This document shows, piece by piece, positions 9,699-18,382 of a DNA stretch of 64,000 bases. The position numbers were made by a program, and so were the translations under genes. Source of the stretch: a bacterium (GTDB lineage: Bacteria > Verrucomicrobiota > Verrucomicrobiia > Limisphaerales > UBA8199); NCBI GenBank assembly GCA_021784555.1, contig JAJYHY010000002.1, forward strand, positions 16,827-80,826, given 5' to 3'. The notes below the pieces were generated by a model. It was not told the DNA's origin. It saw only the letters and a list, made by a program, of their open reading frames with translations, and did not search any database. Numbering within the stretch: position 1 is the first letter of the stretch; each line of letters starts with the position of its first letter.

Positions 9699-10424
9699 AT
9701 GAGAGACGAAACGAAGGCGCTCAAAGAGCCGGGCGACTCCGGTGCCGAATCTGAATCACGAGGCGCCGCTCCGGAAGCGAACCCGGCCAAGATTGAGCCT
9801 TGGGAAACGGTCGGCTCGGAGCCGGCGGGCAATTTCCGAGTCTTCACCATCCGTTCGGATCGCCGCGTCTCGCCGCGAACGAAGCGGGTGCATGATTTCT
9901 ACGTCATTGATTGTGTCGATTGGGTAAATGTCATCGCCACCACCGCCGCCGACGACCTGGTGATGGTGGAGCAGTACCGGCACGGGTCAAACACGGTGGA
10001 ACTGGAGATACCCGGGGGCATGATCGACCCTACCGACGCGTCGGCTGAGGTCGCCGGCGTCCGAGAACTCCGGGAAGAGACAGGCTATGAGGGCGAAAAC
10101 GCTCGCATCCTCGGAGAGGTGTTTCCCAATCCGGCCATCATGAGCAACCGCTGTTTCACTATCCTGGTCGAGAACTGCGTCTGCCGCCACTCCATTCACC
10201 TCGATGACGGCGAGGACGTCCTGACCCGTCTGGTGCCTATTGCGGACATCCCGCGCCTGGTTGCCTCAGGCAAAATCCGCCACTCGCTCATCATCGCGGC
10301 GCTCTACCACTATGATCTTCGCCCTCATAACGTCGGGGTCAGTCCTGCACTTCTTTCCGCCACTCCACCTTCCCCTACCGCGGAAAAAGTGAGGACTGAC
10401 CCCGATGCCCAACTTCGGGCGTGA
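9699..10424 (+). CDS. NUDIX hydrolase (ADP-ribose pyrophosphatase-like)
   Basis: EQYRHG, EIPGGMID...RELREETGY Nudix box; C-terminal tail is encoded by a REP-like hairpin. Confidence 0.88.
   Translation: MRDETKALKEPGDSGAESESRGAAPEANPAKIEPWETVGSEPAGNFRVFTIRSDRRVSPRTKRVHDFYVIDCVDWVNVIATTAADDLVMVEQYRHGSNTVELEIPGGMIDPTDASAEVAGVRELREETGYEGENARILGEVFPNPAIMSNRCFTILVENCVCRHSIHLDDGEDVLTRLVPIADIPRLVASGKIRHSLIIAALYHYDLRPHNVGVSPALLSATPPSPTAEKVRTDPDAQLRA
10333..10405. repeat. REP-like hairpin, family B (GGGGTCAGTCC...GGACTGACCCC)
   Basis: Terminal inverted repeat; second copy at 55173-55249. Confidence 0.8.
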
Positions 10425-10455
10425 CCCTATGGAGACGTTGTGACATGTTTCCGGT

Positions 10456-11319
10456 GTGACCACGATCGAAGCGATCAAACTCCTGGAACGGTTCCGCGAT
10501 GGGAACGCCGGCCTGGAAGACGTGCTGCGCACGTTTCAGGCCGCGCCGGTGGCGGACATTGGGTTTGCCCAGGTGGACGTGCATCGGGCGATTCGGCGAG
10601 GGTTCCCGGAGGTGATTTTCGGCGCGGGCAAATCCCCCGAGCAGGTGGTCACCATCGCCCAGCAGTTGCGTGAACACGGGCAACGTGTTTTGGCGACGCG
10701 GGTTACGCTCGAGCACGCGCGGCTTTTTCTGAGACAATTCCCCGAGGCGGTTCATCACGAGGTCGCCCGGTGCCTGAGCCTGGACCCGCAGCCGTTGCCC
10801 AAACGCCCCGGAACGATTGCGGTGGTCTGCGCCGGCACGAGCGATTTGCCGGTGGCGGAGGAGGCGGCGGTGACGGCGGAAATTATGGGTAACCGGGTGG
10901 AACGGATCGCGGACGTGGGAGTATCCGGCGTTCACCGTTTGCTGGGACGGCTGGATGCTATCCAACGCGCGAACGTGGTGGTGGTGGTGGCCGGCATGGA
11001 AGGCGCCCTGCCGAGCGTGGTGACCGGCCTGGTCTGGCGCCCGGTCATCGCGGTGCCGACCAGCATTGGCTACGGGGCCAGCTTTGGAGGCCTGGCTCCT
11101 TTGCTGGGCATGCTCAACAGTTGCGCCAGCGGGATGACGGTCGTCAATATTGACAACGGGTTTGGGGCCGGCTATGCCGCCAGCCAGATCAACGCCTTGG
11201 CCGGCGCGGCGCCCCAACCGCGCGATTCCAATCCGAGAACGCAAGAGGCCCTGGACATCGGGGTCGCGGCCCAGGGCGGCGGCGGCCAACGCATGGCCGC
11301 GACCGCGGGAATTCCATGA
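10456..11319 (+). CDS. larB: Nickel-pincer cofactor biosynthesis protein LarB
   Basis: RRGFPEVIFGAGK, AGTSDLPVAEEA, DVGVSGVHRL, VAGMEGAL, VNIDNGFGA. Confidence 0.93.
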   Translation: MTTIEAIKLLERFRDGNAGLEDVLRTFQAAPVADIGFAQVDVHRAIRRGFPEVIFGAGKSPEQVVTIAQQLREHGQRVLATRVTLEHARLFLRQFPEAVHHEVARCLSLDPQPLPKRPGTIAVVCAGTSDLPVAEEAAVTAEIMGNRVERIADVGVSGVHRLLGRLDAIQRANVVVVVAGMEGALPSVVTGLVWRPVIAVPTSIGYGASFGGLAPLLGMLNSCASGMTVVNIDNGFGAGYAASQINALAGAAPQPRDSNPRTQEALDIGVAAQGGGGQRMAATAGIP

Positions 11320-12749
11320 AAACCCTCTACCTCGACCTCTTCAGCGGCATCAGTGGCGACATGTTCGTCGCGGCGCTGATTGATTTGGGGGTCGATGCGG
11401 GGCGCTTGGAGGAGGAATTGGAAAAACTGGGCCTGGACGGCTATCACCTGCACGTCACGCGTCAACACCGACTCGGCATCGAAGGAGTCCGCTTTGACGT
11501 TCACCTGGAAGACAATGCCGAGACAGGCAGTCAGGAGAGAGGGCATTCTCACGGGCATCAACACGAGGGCGAACAAGAGCAGGAGCAAGAACAAGGGCAA
11601 GGGCAAGGGCAAGAGCAGGAGCACGGGCACCGACACGAACATTCCCACGGGCATTTCCATGGCCAGCATCGTCTGCGCGAGTGCGACGATTCGCCCACCC
11701 GTTCCCAGGCCCAAACCGCCTCCGGCGTCCTTCCTCCCGCACACGCGCACGCCCATGGCCGGACTTTCAGCGCAATTCGAGAGCTGTTGACCAACAGTCC
11801 TCTCAGCGATTGGGTGAGGGAGCAGGCGATCGCCGTCTTCCATCGAATCGCGGTGGCCGAGGGCAGGATTCACGGTCTGCCCCCGGACCAGGTCGCTTTT
11901 CACGAGGTCGGGGCGGTGGACTCGATCATTGACATTGTCGGCGCGTGCATCGGGCTGGACATGCTCGGCAGGCCCAGACTGCTTGCCAGCCCGGTGGTAG
12001 AAGGGACAGGCTGGATTGAATGCGCGCATGGCCGTTTTCCGGTTCCGGCGCCCGCCACCCTCGCCATTCTGGGGGCGCGCGGGATTCCGGTCTCTCAATG
12101 CGACGAGCCTCATGAAATGGTGACACCTACGGGCGCCGCCTTGCTGGCCGAGTTGGTCCAGAGCTTCGGTCCCATGCGAAACGTGGTGGCGGAGCAGATC
12201 GGGTTTGGCCTGGGGGCGCGCGAGACCGAGAGCCGGCCCAATGCCCTGCGGGCAATTCTGGGCGAGGCAAAAAGCACGGGAGAGGTTCAGGCGCATGATT
12301 GGGAGACCGACACCGTGATGATGCTGGAGACAAACCTGGATGACATCAGCGGAGAGATCGTAGGCCACGTGATAGAGAAGGCGCTGGCGGCGGGCGCCCT
12401 CGACGCCTTTCACTCCCCCATCCAGATGAAGAAGAATCGTCCAGGTGTGCTTTTAACGGTGCTCTGTGCCGAAACCGATGCCGACACGTTCACTGAGTTG
12501 CTCTTGCGAGAGACCACCACGCTGGGCGTCCGGCGCCACCTTGCCGTGCGTCGCAAGCTGCGCCGGGACTTCACGGAAGTAAGCACGCCGTACGGCCAGG
12601 TGACGGTGAAGCTGGGACGGCTCGACGGCGAGATTGTTCAGGTCGCGCCGGAATACGAATCCTGCCGTCAAGCTGCGGAAACGGCGAAAGTGCCGTTGAA
12701 GCAGGTCTATAGCGCCGCCCTGGAAGGCCTTTCCCTGCCCTTGACATGA
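11316..12749 (+). CDS. larC: Nickel-pincer cofactor biosynthesis protein LarC
   Basis: SGISGDM, His-rich region, FHEVGAVDSIIDI, PVPAPAT, TPTGAA, ETNLDD, MKKNRP, PEYE. Confidence 0.93.
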   Translation: MKTLYLDLFSGISGDMFVAALIDLGVDAGRLEEELEKLGLDGYHLHVTRQHRLGIEGVRFDVHLEDNAETGSQERGHSHGHQHEGEQEQEQEQGQGQGQEQEHGHRHEHSHGHFHGQHRLRECDDSPTRSQAQTASGVLPPAHAHAHGRTFSAIRELLTNSPLSDWVREQAIAVFHRIAVAEGRIHGLPPDQVAFHEVGAVDSIIDIVGACIGLDMLGRPRLLASPVVEGTGWIECAHGRFPVPAPATLAILGARGIPVSQCDEPHEMVTPTGAALLAELVQSFGPMRNVVAEQIGFGLGARETESRPNALRAILGEAKSTGEVQAHDWETDTVMMLETNLDDISGEIVGHVIEKALAAGALDAFHSPIQMKKNRPGVLLTVLCAETDADTFTELLLRETTTLGVRRHLAVRRKLRRDFTEVSTPYGQVTVKLGRLDGEIVQVAPEYESCRQAAETAKVPLKQVYSAALEGLSLPLT

Positions 12750-12997
12750 TTAGCGCTGAACTCCTGAAAATCCTCTGCTGCCCGGAAACACACCAGGGCC
12801 TGCACCCGGCCGAGGCCGGACTTATCGAAGAATTGAATGAGAAAATCGCCGCGGGCCGTCTCGCCAACCGCGCCGACCAGACGGTGCAGCTTCCCATCGA
12901 CGGCGGGCTCATCCGCGAGGACGGCAAATTCCTCTATCCCATCCGCGACAACATCCCCGTCATGCTCATAGACGAAGCCATCCCGCTGGGGGGCTGA
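12746..12997 (+). CDS. Trm112-family protein
   Basis: LLKILCCPET...YPIRDNIPVMLIDEA. Confidence 0.85.
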   Translation: MISAELLKILCCPETHQGLHPAEAGLIEELNEKIAAGRLANRADQTVQLPIDGGLIREDGKFLYPIRDNIPVMLIDEAIPLGG

Positions 12998-14034
12998 TGC
13001 ACCCACCTCCTGAACAGCCCCAACCGGCCGCTCCAGGAAAACCGGCCGTGCTGGTTACCGGCGGCGCCGGTTTTATCGGCTCGCACCTTGTTGAGCGGTT
13101 GCTCGCGGAGGGGAAACCGGTGGTCGTGATTGATGATCTCTCGACCGGGCGGCTCGAGAACCTGCGTGAGGTCGAAGGCCATCCCGCGCTCCGCGTCATT
13201 CAAAGCACCGTCTCGGCTTGCCCGCAGCTTGCGGAACTCGTTGGCGAGGCTGAATCCGTGTATCACTTGGCGGCGGCGGTCGGCGTCGAGTTGGTGGTAC
13301 GCTCGCCGATTCGGGTGCTGGAGACCAACCTTCACGAAACCGAGGTGCTGCTGGAGGCGGCGGCGCGGCGGAGCGTTCCTGTGCTCCTCACCTCGACTTC
13401 GGAAGTCTATGGAAAGAGTCTCAAACCCGCGTTCAGCGAAGAGGACGACTTGCTCATCGGTCCGCCGCGCCAATCCCGCTGGAGTTATGCCTGCTCGAAG
13501 CTGATGGACGAATTCCTCGCCTTCGCCTTTTTCAAGGAGCGGAATCTGCCCATCGTCATCGCACGCCTCTTCAATACCGTTGGCCCGCGCCAAACCGGGC
13601 GGTATGGGATGGTTTTGCCGCGCTTTATCGCCGCCGCCAAGGCCGGGCAGCCCTTGAAGGTTTTTGGGGATGGCAAGCAGACGCGCTGCTTTTGCTACGT
13701 TCAGGACACCGTTGATGCGCTGGTTGGTCTTCAAGACTGCCCGGGTGCTCGAGGCGGGGTGTTCAATATCGGCAGCACCGAAGAAATCTCCATCCGGGAT
13801 TTGGCGGCACTGGTCATCGAGATCCTCCATTCGCGATCACCCATTGAGTTTGTTCCCTACAATCAGGCCTACGAACCCGGTTTCGAGGACATGCGCCGCC
13901 GCAAACCGGTCGTGGACCGCCTCCAGGCCGTGCTCCATTCCCGGCCCTTGACTCCCCTGCGGCGGATTATCGAGCTGACGGTGGCTCAAGCAGCTCGAGC
14001 AGACGCATTGCTGCCTCCGGCGTCTCCTCCTTAA
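12997..14034 (+). CDS. NAD-dependent nucleotide-sugar epimerase/dehydratase
   Basis: VTGGAGFIGSHL, STSEVYG, YACSK (YxxxK), RLFNTVGPRQ. Confidence 0.9.
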   Translation: MHPPPEQPQPAAPGKPAVLVTGGAGFIGSHLVERLLAEGKPVVVIDDLSTGRLENLREVEGHPALRVIQSTVSACPQLAELVGEAESVYHLAAAVGVELVVRSPIRVLETNLHETEVLLEAAARRSVPVLLTSTSEVYGKSLKPAFSEEDDLLIGPPRQSRWSYACSKLMDEFLAFAFFKERNLPIVIARLFNTVGPRQTGRYGMVLPRFIAAAKAGQPLKVFGDGKQTRCFCYVQDTVDALVGLQDCPGARGGVFNIGSTEEISIRDLAALVIEILHSRSPIEFVPYNQAYEPGFEDMRRRKPVVDRLQAVLHSRPLTPLRRIIELTVAQAARADALLPPASPP

Positions 14035-14073
14035 TAGGGCGCCGGGCGGCCCCAGAAAGACTAATGGTTGAGC

Positions 14074-14107
14074 TTGACTGGGGGCGTTTGGCTTGTATGG
14101 TTCATAC
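14074..14107 (+). promoter_or_regulatory. Putative leaderless promoter and operator of the TA operon
   Basis: TTGACT-16-TATGGT-6nt-GTG; inverted repeat GTATG-gtt-CATAC overlaps the -10. Confidence 0.55.
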
Positions 14108-14386
14108 GTGCAAAGCAAGACGTTCCCGCTGGCCATCCCAAACGAACTACTCAGCCAGGTGCGGCGGGCGGCCCGGAAGACCGGTCTCTCGATGGCCGAG
14201 ACCATGCGCCAAAGCATGAGACTGGGCCTCGAGCGTCTGGTTCGCGGGTTAGCGCCAGAGCCGCGAGTCACGAACGTGGACCCTCTTCCGGATGAGGTCC
14301 TAGACCGCTACTACTCCCGCCCTGAGCGCGATGAGGCGGGACTGGCTCGTCTCATCAAAGCGCAAGCGACCGGGAGACGGGATTGA
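14108..14386 (+). CDS. Ribbon-helix-helix (CopG-like) antitoxin
   Basis: TFPLAIPNELLSQVRRAARKTGLSMAETMRQSM fits an RHH pattern; overlaps the toxin start. Confidence 0.65.
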   Translation: MQSKTFPLAIPNELLSQVRRAARKTGLSMAETMRQSMRLGLERLVRGLAPEPRVTNVDPLPDEVLDRYYSRPERDEAGLARLIKAQATGRRD

Positions 14387-14697
14387 AAGCCTGGGAAATT
14401 TGGACGTGGGAGGGCCATCCGGTTGTGCTGGTCTCGAATCAGCGGCGGATCGATCGGAAGCAAAAGCTCGTGGTGTTGAAATGCCAGACTCTTTATTCGG
14501 GTGATCCCCCAGCCGGGGAGTTTGAAACCGTGCTAGGGCAGGAAGACGGATTGGAGCGGCCGACGGTATGCATTTGCGATCCGTTCTTCACCGCGCACAA
14601 ATCTGAGATAAGCCAAAGACGCGGGGCTGTGTCATACGAACGGCAACGCGACATTTCACGGAAGATGGTTCAGGGCCTGGCGATCGCCGGGCTCTGA
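14383..14697 (+). CDS. PemK/MazF-like toxin
   Basis: WEIW...GHPVVLVSN, GLERPTVCICD...RRGAVS fit the MazF fold; 104 aa, directly after the antitoxin. Confidence 0.65.
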   Translation: MKAWEIWTWEGHPVVLVSNQRRIDRKQKLVVLKCQTLYSGDPPAGEFETVLGQEDGLERPTVCICDPFFTAHKSEISQRRGAVSYERQRDISRKMVQGLAIAGL

Positions 14698-14747
14698 GAA
14701 AAAGCCGGGGCATTGTTCCCGCCCCATTCGCCTGATAGGCTGCCCCG

Positions 14748-16040
14748 ATGAAAATGAACGTATCAGCGAGAGTCCTCATCGCAATCTATTTGCTTCCTTT
14801 CGGTGTGCTTCACGCCAATGACCAGGGCGTGCGCCATCTGCTCGCCGATGCCCCGGCTCCCCCTCCAACCCATGCGCTCAAGCCGTGGCCAAGCCAGCCC
14901 CCCGCGGACTGCCCCTTCCCGAAATCACGGAGCATCATCGGGCTGGCGTTCACCGGACGCCACGCCGAGTACGCGCATGCCGACACCTGGTATCCTTCGT
15001 GGGCCGCGGATGGCAACCTGTATTCTCCATGGACGGACGGAAGCGTCCATGGCCTCGGTTCGAGTTCATCAGGAGAAAACGCGACCACCGGCAACGCGAC
15101 GATTCTTGGCGATGATCCTTTGCACTTGGTGATCACCAACCAAGGCGTATTTAACTCCAGCCCGCGTCCTTACGCGGGCCGGTACCCGTGCGGCAGCCTG
15201 GTCTATCGCGGCGTTTGGTATTATGGGACCTACTGTTTGGCCCCGAGCGGCATCGTTCGGCACGATGCAACCACCTATAACTGGCCGTGGCTGGGCCCGT
15301 TTGTCGGGTTCCGGTGGTCCACCGATTACGGGAGGACATGGACCCAGACGCCCTGCACGCCGGCCCACCCGCTCTTTGGAGAACAGGGGCTGCATGGTGA
15401 GCCGGTCAAGATTGGCTCGCCTCATTTTGTCGATCTCGGCAAAGAGTTGGAATACTCCCCTGATGGCAAGGCCTACCTCGTGGCCCATGGCGCCAGCGAC
15501 GGCACAAACCGCCGCTTCGCTTATGACAGTTGGATCACCGGCGATGAGATCTATCTGCTCCGGGTGACGCCCAGCATCGCGAACATGAATGACGCCAGGA
15601 AATACGAATTCTTCGCCGGACGCGACGAGAACGGGGCTGCCCGCTGGTCTCACGATTTCGCCCGGATTCAGCCCATCGCGGCGTGGCGGGACCATGCCGG
15701 CTGTGTCACCATGACCTATGACGCCCCTCTGCGCAAATACCTGCTCTGCGTGACCGACGGCGGCAATACGGTTTCCCGTTTCAGCAGCTACATTTTGGAA
15801 TCGGATGCTATCAGCGGGCCGTGGAAGCTCGCCGCTTATCTCAAGGACTTCGGCGAGCAGGCCTACTTCGTCAATATTCCTTCCAAGTTTATTGGCGCTG
15901 ACGGTCGCACGGTCTGGCTCTGCTACGCCGCCAATTTCAGTTCCGGCTGGGGCGGCGTCACCTTCGCTTCCCGCCCGCCCGGCAGCCGCTACGGGATGTG
16001 CCTGCAAGAGGCGCGGCTCCTGTCGCCAACGGACCGGTGA
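14748..16040 (+). CDS. Secreted beta-propeller protein (DUF4185/glycoside-hydrolase-like)
   Basis: Signal peptide; DTWYPSWAADGNLY; Asp-box STDYGRTW. Confidence 0.55.
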   Translation: MKMNVSARVLIAIYLLPFGVLHANDQGVRHLLADAPAPPPTHALKPWPSQPPADCPFPKSRSIIGLAFTGRHAEYAHADTWYPSWAADGNLYSPWTDGSVHGLGSSSSGENATTGNATILGDDPLHLVITNQGVFNSSPRPYAGRYPCGSLVYRGVWYYGTYCLAPSGIVRHDATTYNWPWLGPFVGFRWSTDYGRTWTQTPCTPAHPLFGEQGLHGEPVKIGSPHFVDLGKELEYSPDGKAYLVAHGASDGTNRRFAYDSWITGDEIYLLRVTPSIANMNDARKYEFFAGRDENGAARWSHDFARIQPIAAWRDHAGCVTMTYDAPLRKYLLCVTDGGNTVSRFSSYILESDAISGPWKLAAYLKDFGEQAYFVNIPSKFIGADGRTVWLCYAANFSSGWGGVTFASRPPGSRYGMCLQEARLLSPTDR

Positions 16041-16085
16041 TTGCCAGCCCAAGTATCCCACAGACTGTCCGCCGACTCATGAACG

Positions 16086-17534
16086 TCAGTCCTTCCAGGG
16101 CTGTGATTCCACTTTGAAGGCGTAGGCTTGCCGGCACGGGCGCCGGGTTTGGTCCTGAAGCGCCGCCGGCAGCTCTATCACCAAGCCGTCCGCGTCCTGG
16201 CGCCATCTCAAAGCCGGCTTCCAGCCGAGCAGGTGGATTTGAGAGCCTGGTATCGCCTTGACCAATGTCGTTCGCAGCGACCGGCCAGGCCATTTGAGGC
16301 AAATGACATAGACGGTCTTCCTGTCCTTGGAACGTGTAAAGCGCAAGTTGGCCCCCTCGTGATAGCGGAAGTAGGGCCGCGTGGCGTAAATGCATTCGCC
16401 ATTGACTTTCAGCCAGTCGCCGACATAGGTCACTCGGTCAATCATCTGCTTGGGCCACCTGCCGGTCGGGTCCGGTCCGAAGCCAACCTCGAAGTTGCCC
16501 CCCTTGGCGACGATGTCGATAAGGCTGCTGAGCACCCACTCCTTGGGCTTGTAGGTGTCATGCTGCTTGTAAGAGAAACCGGTGCCGCAAGGGTAGATCA
16601 CCTGCCAGGGGCGGTTGATGCGGTTGGGGTCTTCGGGAATGGTCGCCTCCGGCGTTTCATAATCCCCGTAATTGCCGATGCCTCGGTTGCGCAGCAGGAT
16701 ATGGGGCTGGAGGCGGCGCGCCAGCTTGGCAATCCCATACGCATCGTTCTGTGCCGCCTTGGGCCAACTGATATCCAAAGAGAGCATGTCAATTGGGCCA
16801 TACCAGGTGAGCAGTTCCGTGATCTGCTCGCGTTCCTTCTGGATAAAGGCCGCCCAACGTTGGGGCTGCGATTGTTTGGTGAAGGCTGGATCGTACCAAT
16901 AATTCCGGTTATCCCAGCCAAAATCCCAGTCGTGCCAGTCAATGTGCGAGAAATAGAAAGCGATGCCCAAGCCGTGCGCGCGAGCCGCCTTCACCACTTG
17001 GCCAATGATATCCTTCTTGTAAGGCGTCTCCGCGATGCTGAAGTGATTGGTCACCTCCACGTAACTGCCATCCGGCATCTTCTCGAAGCCCCTCTGCCAC
17101 GTCCGCGTTGGCCATAGGCAAAATCCCTCGTGATGTTTCGTGGTGATGGTGAAGAATTTCATGCCGGCGGCTTGCATGATGTCCATCCATTGGTTCGCGT
17201 CGAAATTGGTGGGATCGAATCGCTCGTAGGAAGAGAAATAGTTCTTGAGCCAGGGCTTGTCGCCGAGGTGCTCGGTGATAATCCACGACTCACGCCCGTT
17301 GAACAGGGTGTAGAGACCCCAATGAATGCGAAGCCCCCACTTCCAGTCCATCCACCGGTTTAGGGCCGCCTCTCCGGCGTGCCGGTAGTTCGGGTCCTCC
17401 ACGCGGTAGCCCGGGTATCTCTGTCGAAGCCGCTGTTCCTCCCGCGCGCTGATGGGGTGATCGGCCGGTTGCTGAGCAGCTAGCACGAATGGGGAGATTA
17501 GAAGGAAAGCCGCGACAAGGGTATGCATTTTCAT
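16086..17534 (-). CDS. Alpha-L-fucosidase (GH29)
   Basis: GLRIHWGLY, FDPTNFDA..W, TTKHHEGFCLW, DIVAKGGN, GDWLKVNGECIYATRP. Confidence 0.9.
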   Translation of the reverse strand: MKMHTLVAAFLLISPFVLAAQQPADHPISAREEQRLRQRYPGYRVEDPNYRHAGEAALNRWMDWKWGLRIHWGLYTLFNGRESWIITEHLGDKPWLKNYFSSYERFDPTNFDANQWMDIMQAAGMKFFTITTKHHEGFCLWPTRTWQRGFEKMPDGSYVEVTNHFSIAETPYKKDIIGQVVKAARAHGLGIAFYFSHIDWHDWDFGWDNRNYWYDPAFTKQSQPQRWAAFIQKEREQITELLTWYGPIDMLSLDISWPKAAQNDAYGIAKLARRLQPHILLRNRGIGNYGDYETPEATIPEDPNRINRPWQVIYPCGTGFSYKQHDTYKPKEWVLSSLIDIVAKGGNFEVGFGPDPTGRWPKQMIDRVTYVGDWLKVNGECIYATRPYFRYHEGANLRFTRSKDRKTVYVICLKWPGRSLRTTLVKAIPGSQIHLLGWKPALRWRQDADGLVIELPAALQDQTRRPCRQAYAFKVESQPWKD

Positions 17535-17858
17535 GCCCCGGAGTCTGGGGATAATCCTCTAAGGATTCAAGCGCGGGTTTTCAGCACCAGACGCCACTAA
17601 CATTTGAGAGATTCGTTGGCTCGCGCCGGCGCCATTTTTGTGTTCCGGAGGAACACACGATAGTAGCCGTTACGCGGTCCTCGCAATGGCTCACGTGGCC
17701 AAATGTTAGTGGCATTGGATTGAAAATCTGCGGTACGAAGAATTTTCTCGTGCGCCCCAAGATGGGAAAGAGACCGGATAAGGCAGGGCGTAAGCGCCGC
17801 CTGCAAGAGTAGTTAAAACCCCGATTGAGGAGGTTCAGCCGGCACAGGATGGTACGAC

Positions 17859-18029
17859 ATGTTTGGATGGGCTGTAGTATTCTTTATAATCGCCATCATC
17901 GCCGCCATTTTTGGTTTTGGCGGCATCGCAGGCGCCGCAGCGAGTATCGCGGTGATCCTGTTTTGGGTGGCGTTGGCGCTATTCGTCCTCTCGCTGCTGG
18001 TGAGCATGTTCAGCGGCCGGAGGCCATAA
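17859..18029 (+). CDS. DUF1328/UPF0391 small membrane protein (56 aa, not in ORF track)
   Basis: [47 protein letters not shown]. Confidence 0.88.
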   Translation: MFGWAVVFFIIAIIAAIFGFGGIAGAAASIAVILFWVALALFVLSLLVSMFSGRRP

Positions 18030-18118
18030 TTGGCCACCGTCGAACTTTCACGCCAGGAGGGCCTGTAGAGTCCTAGAAGTTCAAAACACGTTGCAGACAG
18101 GTCAAGTTTTTGGGAAGA

Positions 18119-18168
18119 CACGAATTTCACGAATTGACGCGAATTCGTGGTAATTCGTGCAATTCGTG
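18119..18168. repeat. CACGAATT-unit inverted/tandem repeat hairpin downstream of the tRNA
   Basis: cacgaatttcacgaattgacgcgaattcgtggtaattcgtgcaattcgtg. Confidence 0.7.
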
Positions 18169-18216
18169 TCAAAGCGGGTCTGAGGCTGCCCTCGCTAGAT
18201 CGTTCAGCGGCCTTTT

Positions 18217-18292
18217 TGGTGGAGCCGAGGCGATTCGAACGCCCGACCTTCTCGTTGCGAACGAGACGCTCTGCCAACTGAGCTACGACCCC
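18217..18292 (-). tRNA. tRNA-Ala (anticodon CGC)
   Basis: Minus strand GGGGTCGTAGCTCAGTTGGCAGAGCGTCTCGTTCGCAACGAGAAGGTCGGGCGTTCGAATCGCCTCGGCTCCACCA: 76 nt, G3:U70 pair, TTCGAA T-loop, CCA end. Confidence 0.97.
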
Positions 18293-18343
18293 AACCACTT
18301 CACAGCCAAGCACTTACAACCGCCTGATCGGACTGAAAATTTT

Positions 18344-18368
18344 CCCTTTCACGACCCCCTTTCACGAC
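18344..18368 (+). repeat. Tandem direct repeat CCCTTTCACGAC x2, putative integrase arm-type sites
   Basis: Exact 12-mer at 18344 and 18357, between tRNA and integrase start. Confidence 0.55.
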
Positions 18369-18382
18369 GTATCTTCTGGTGC

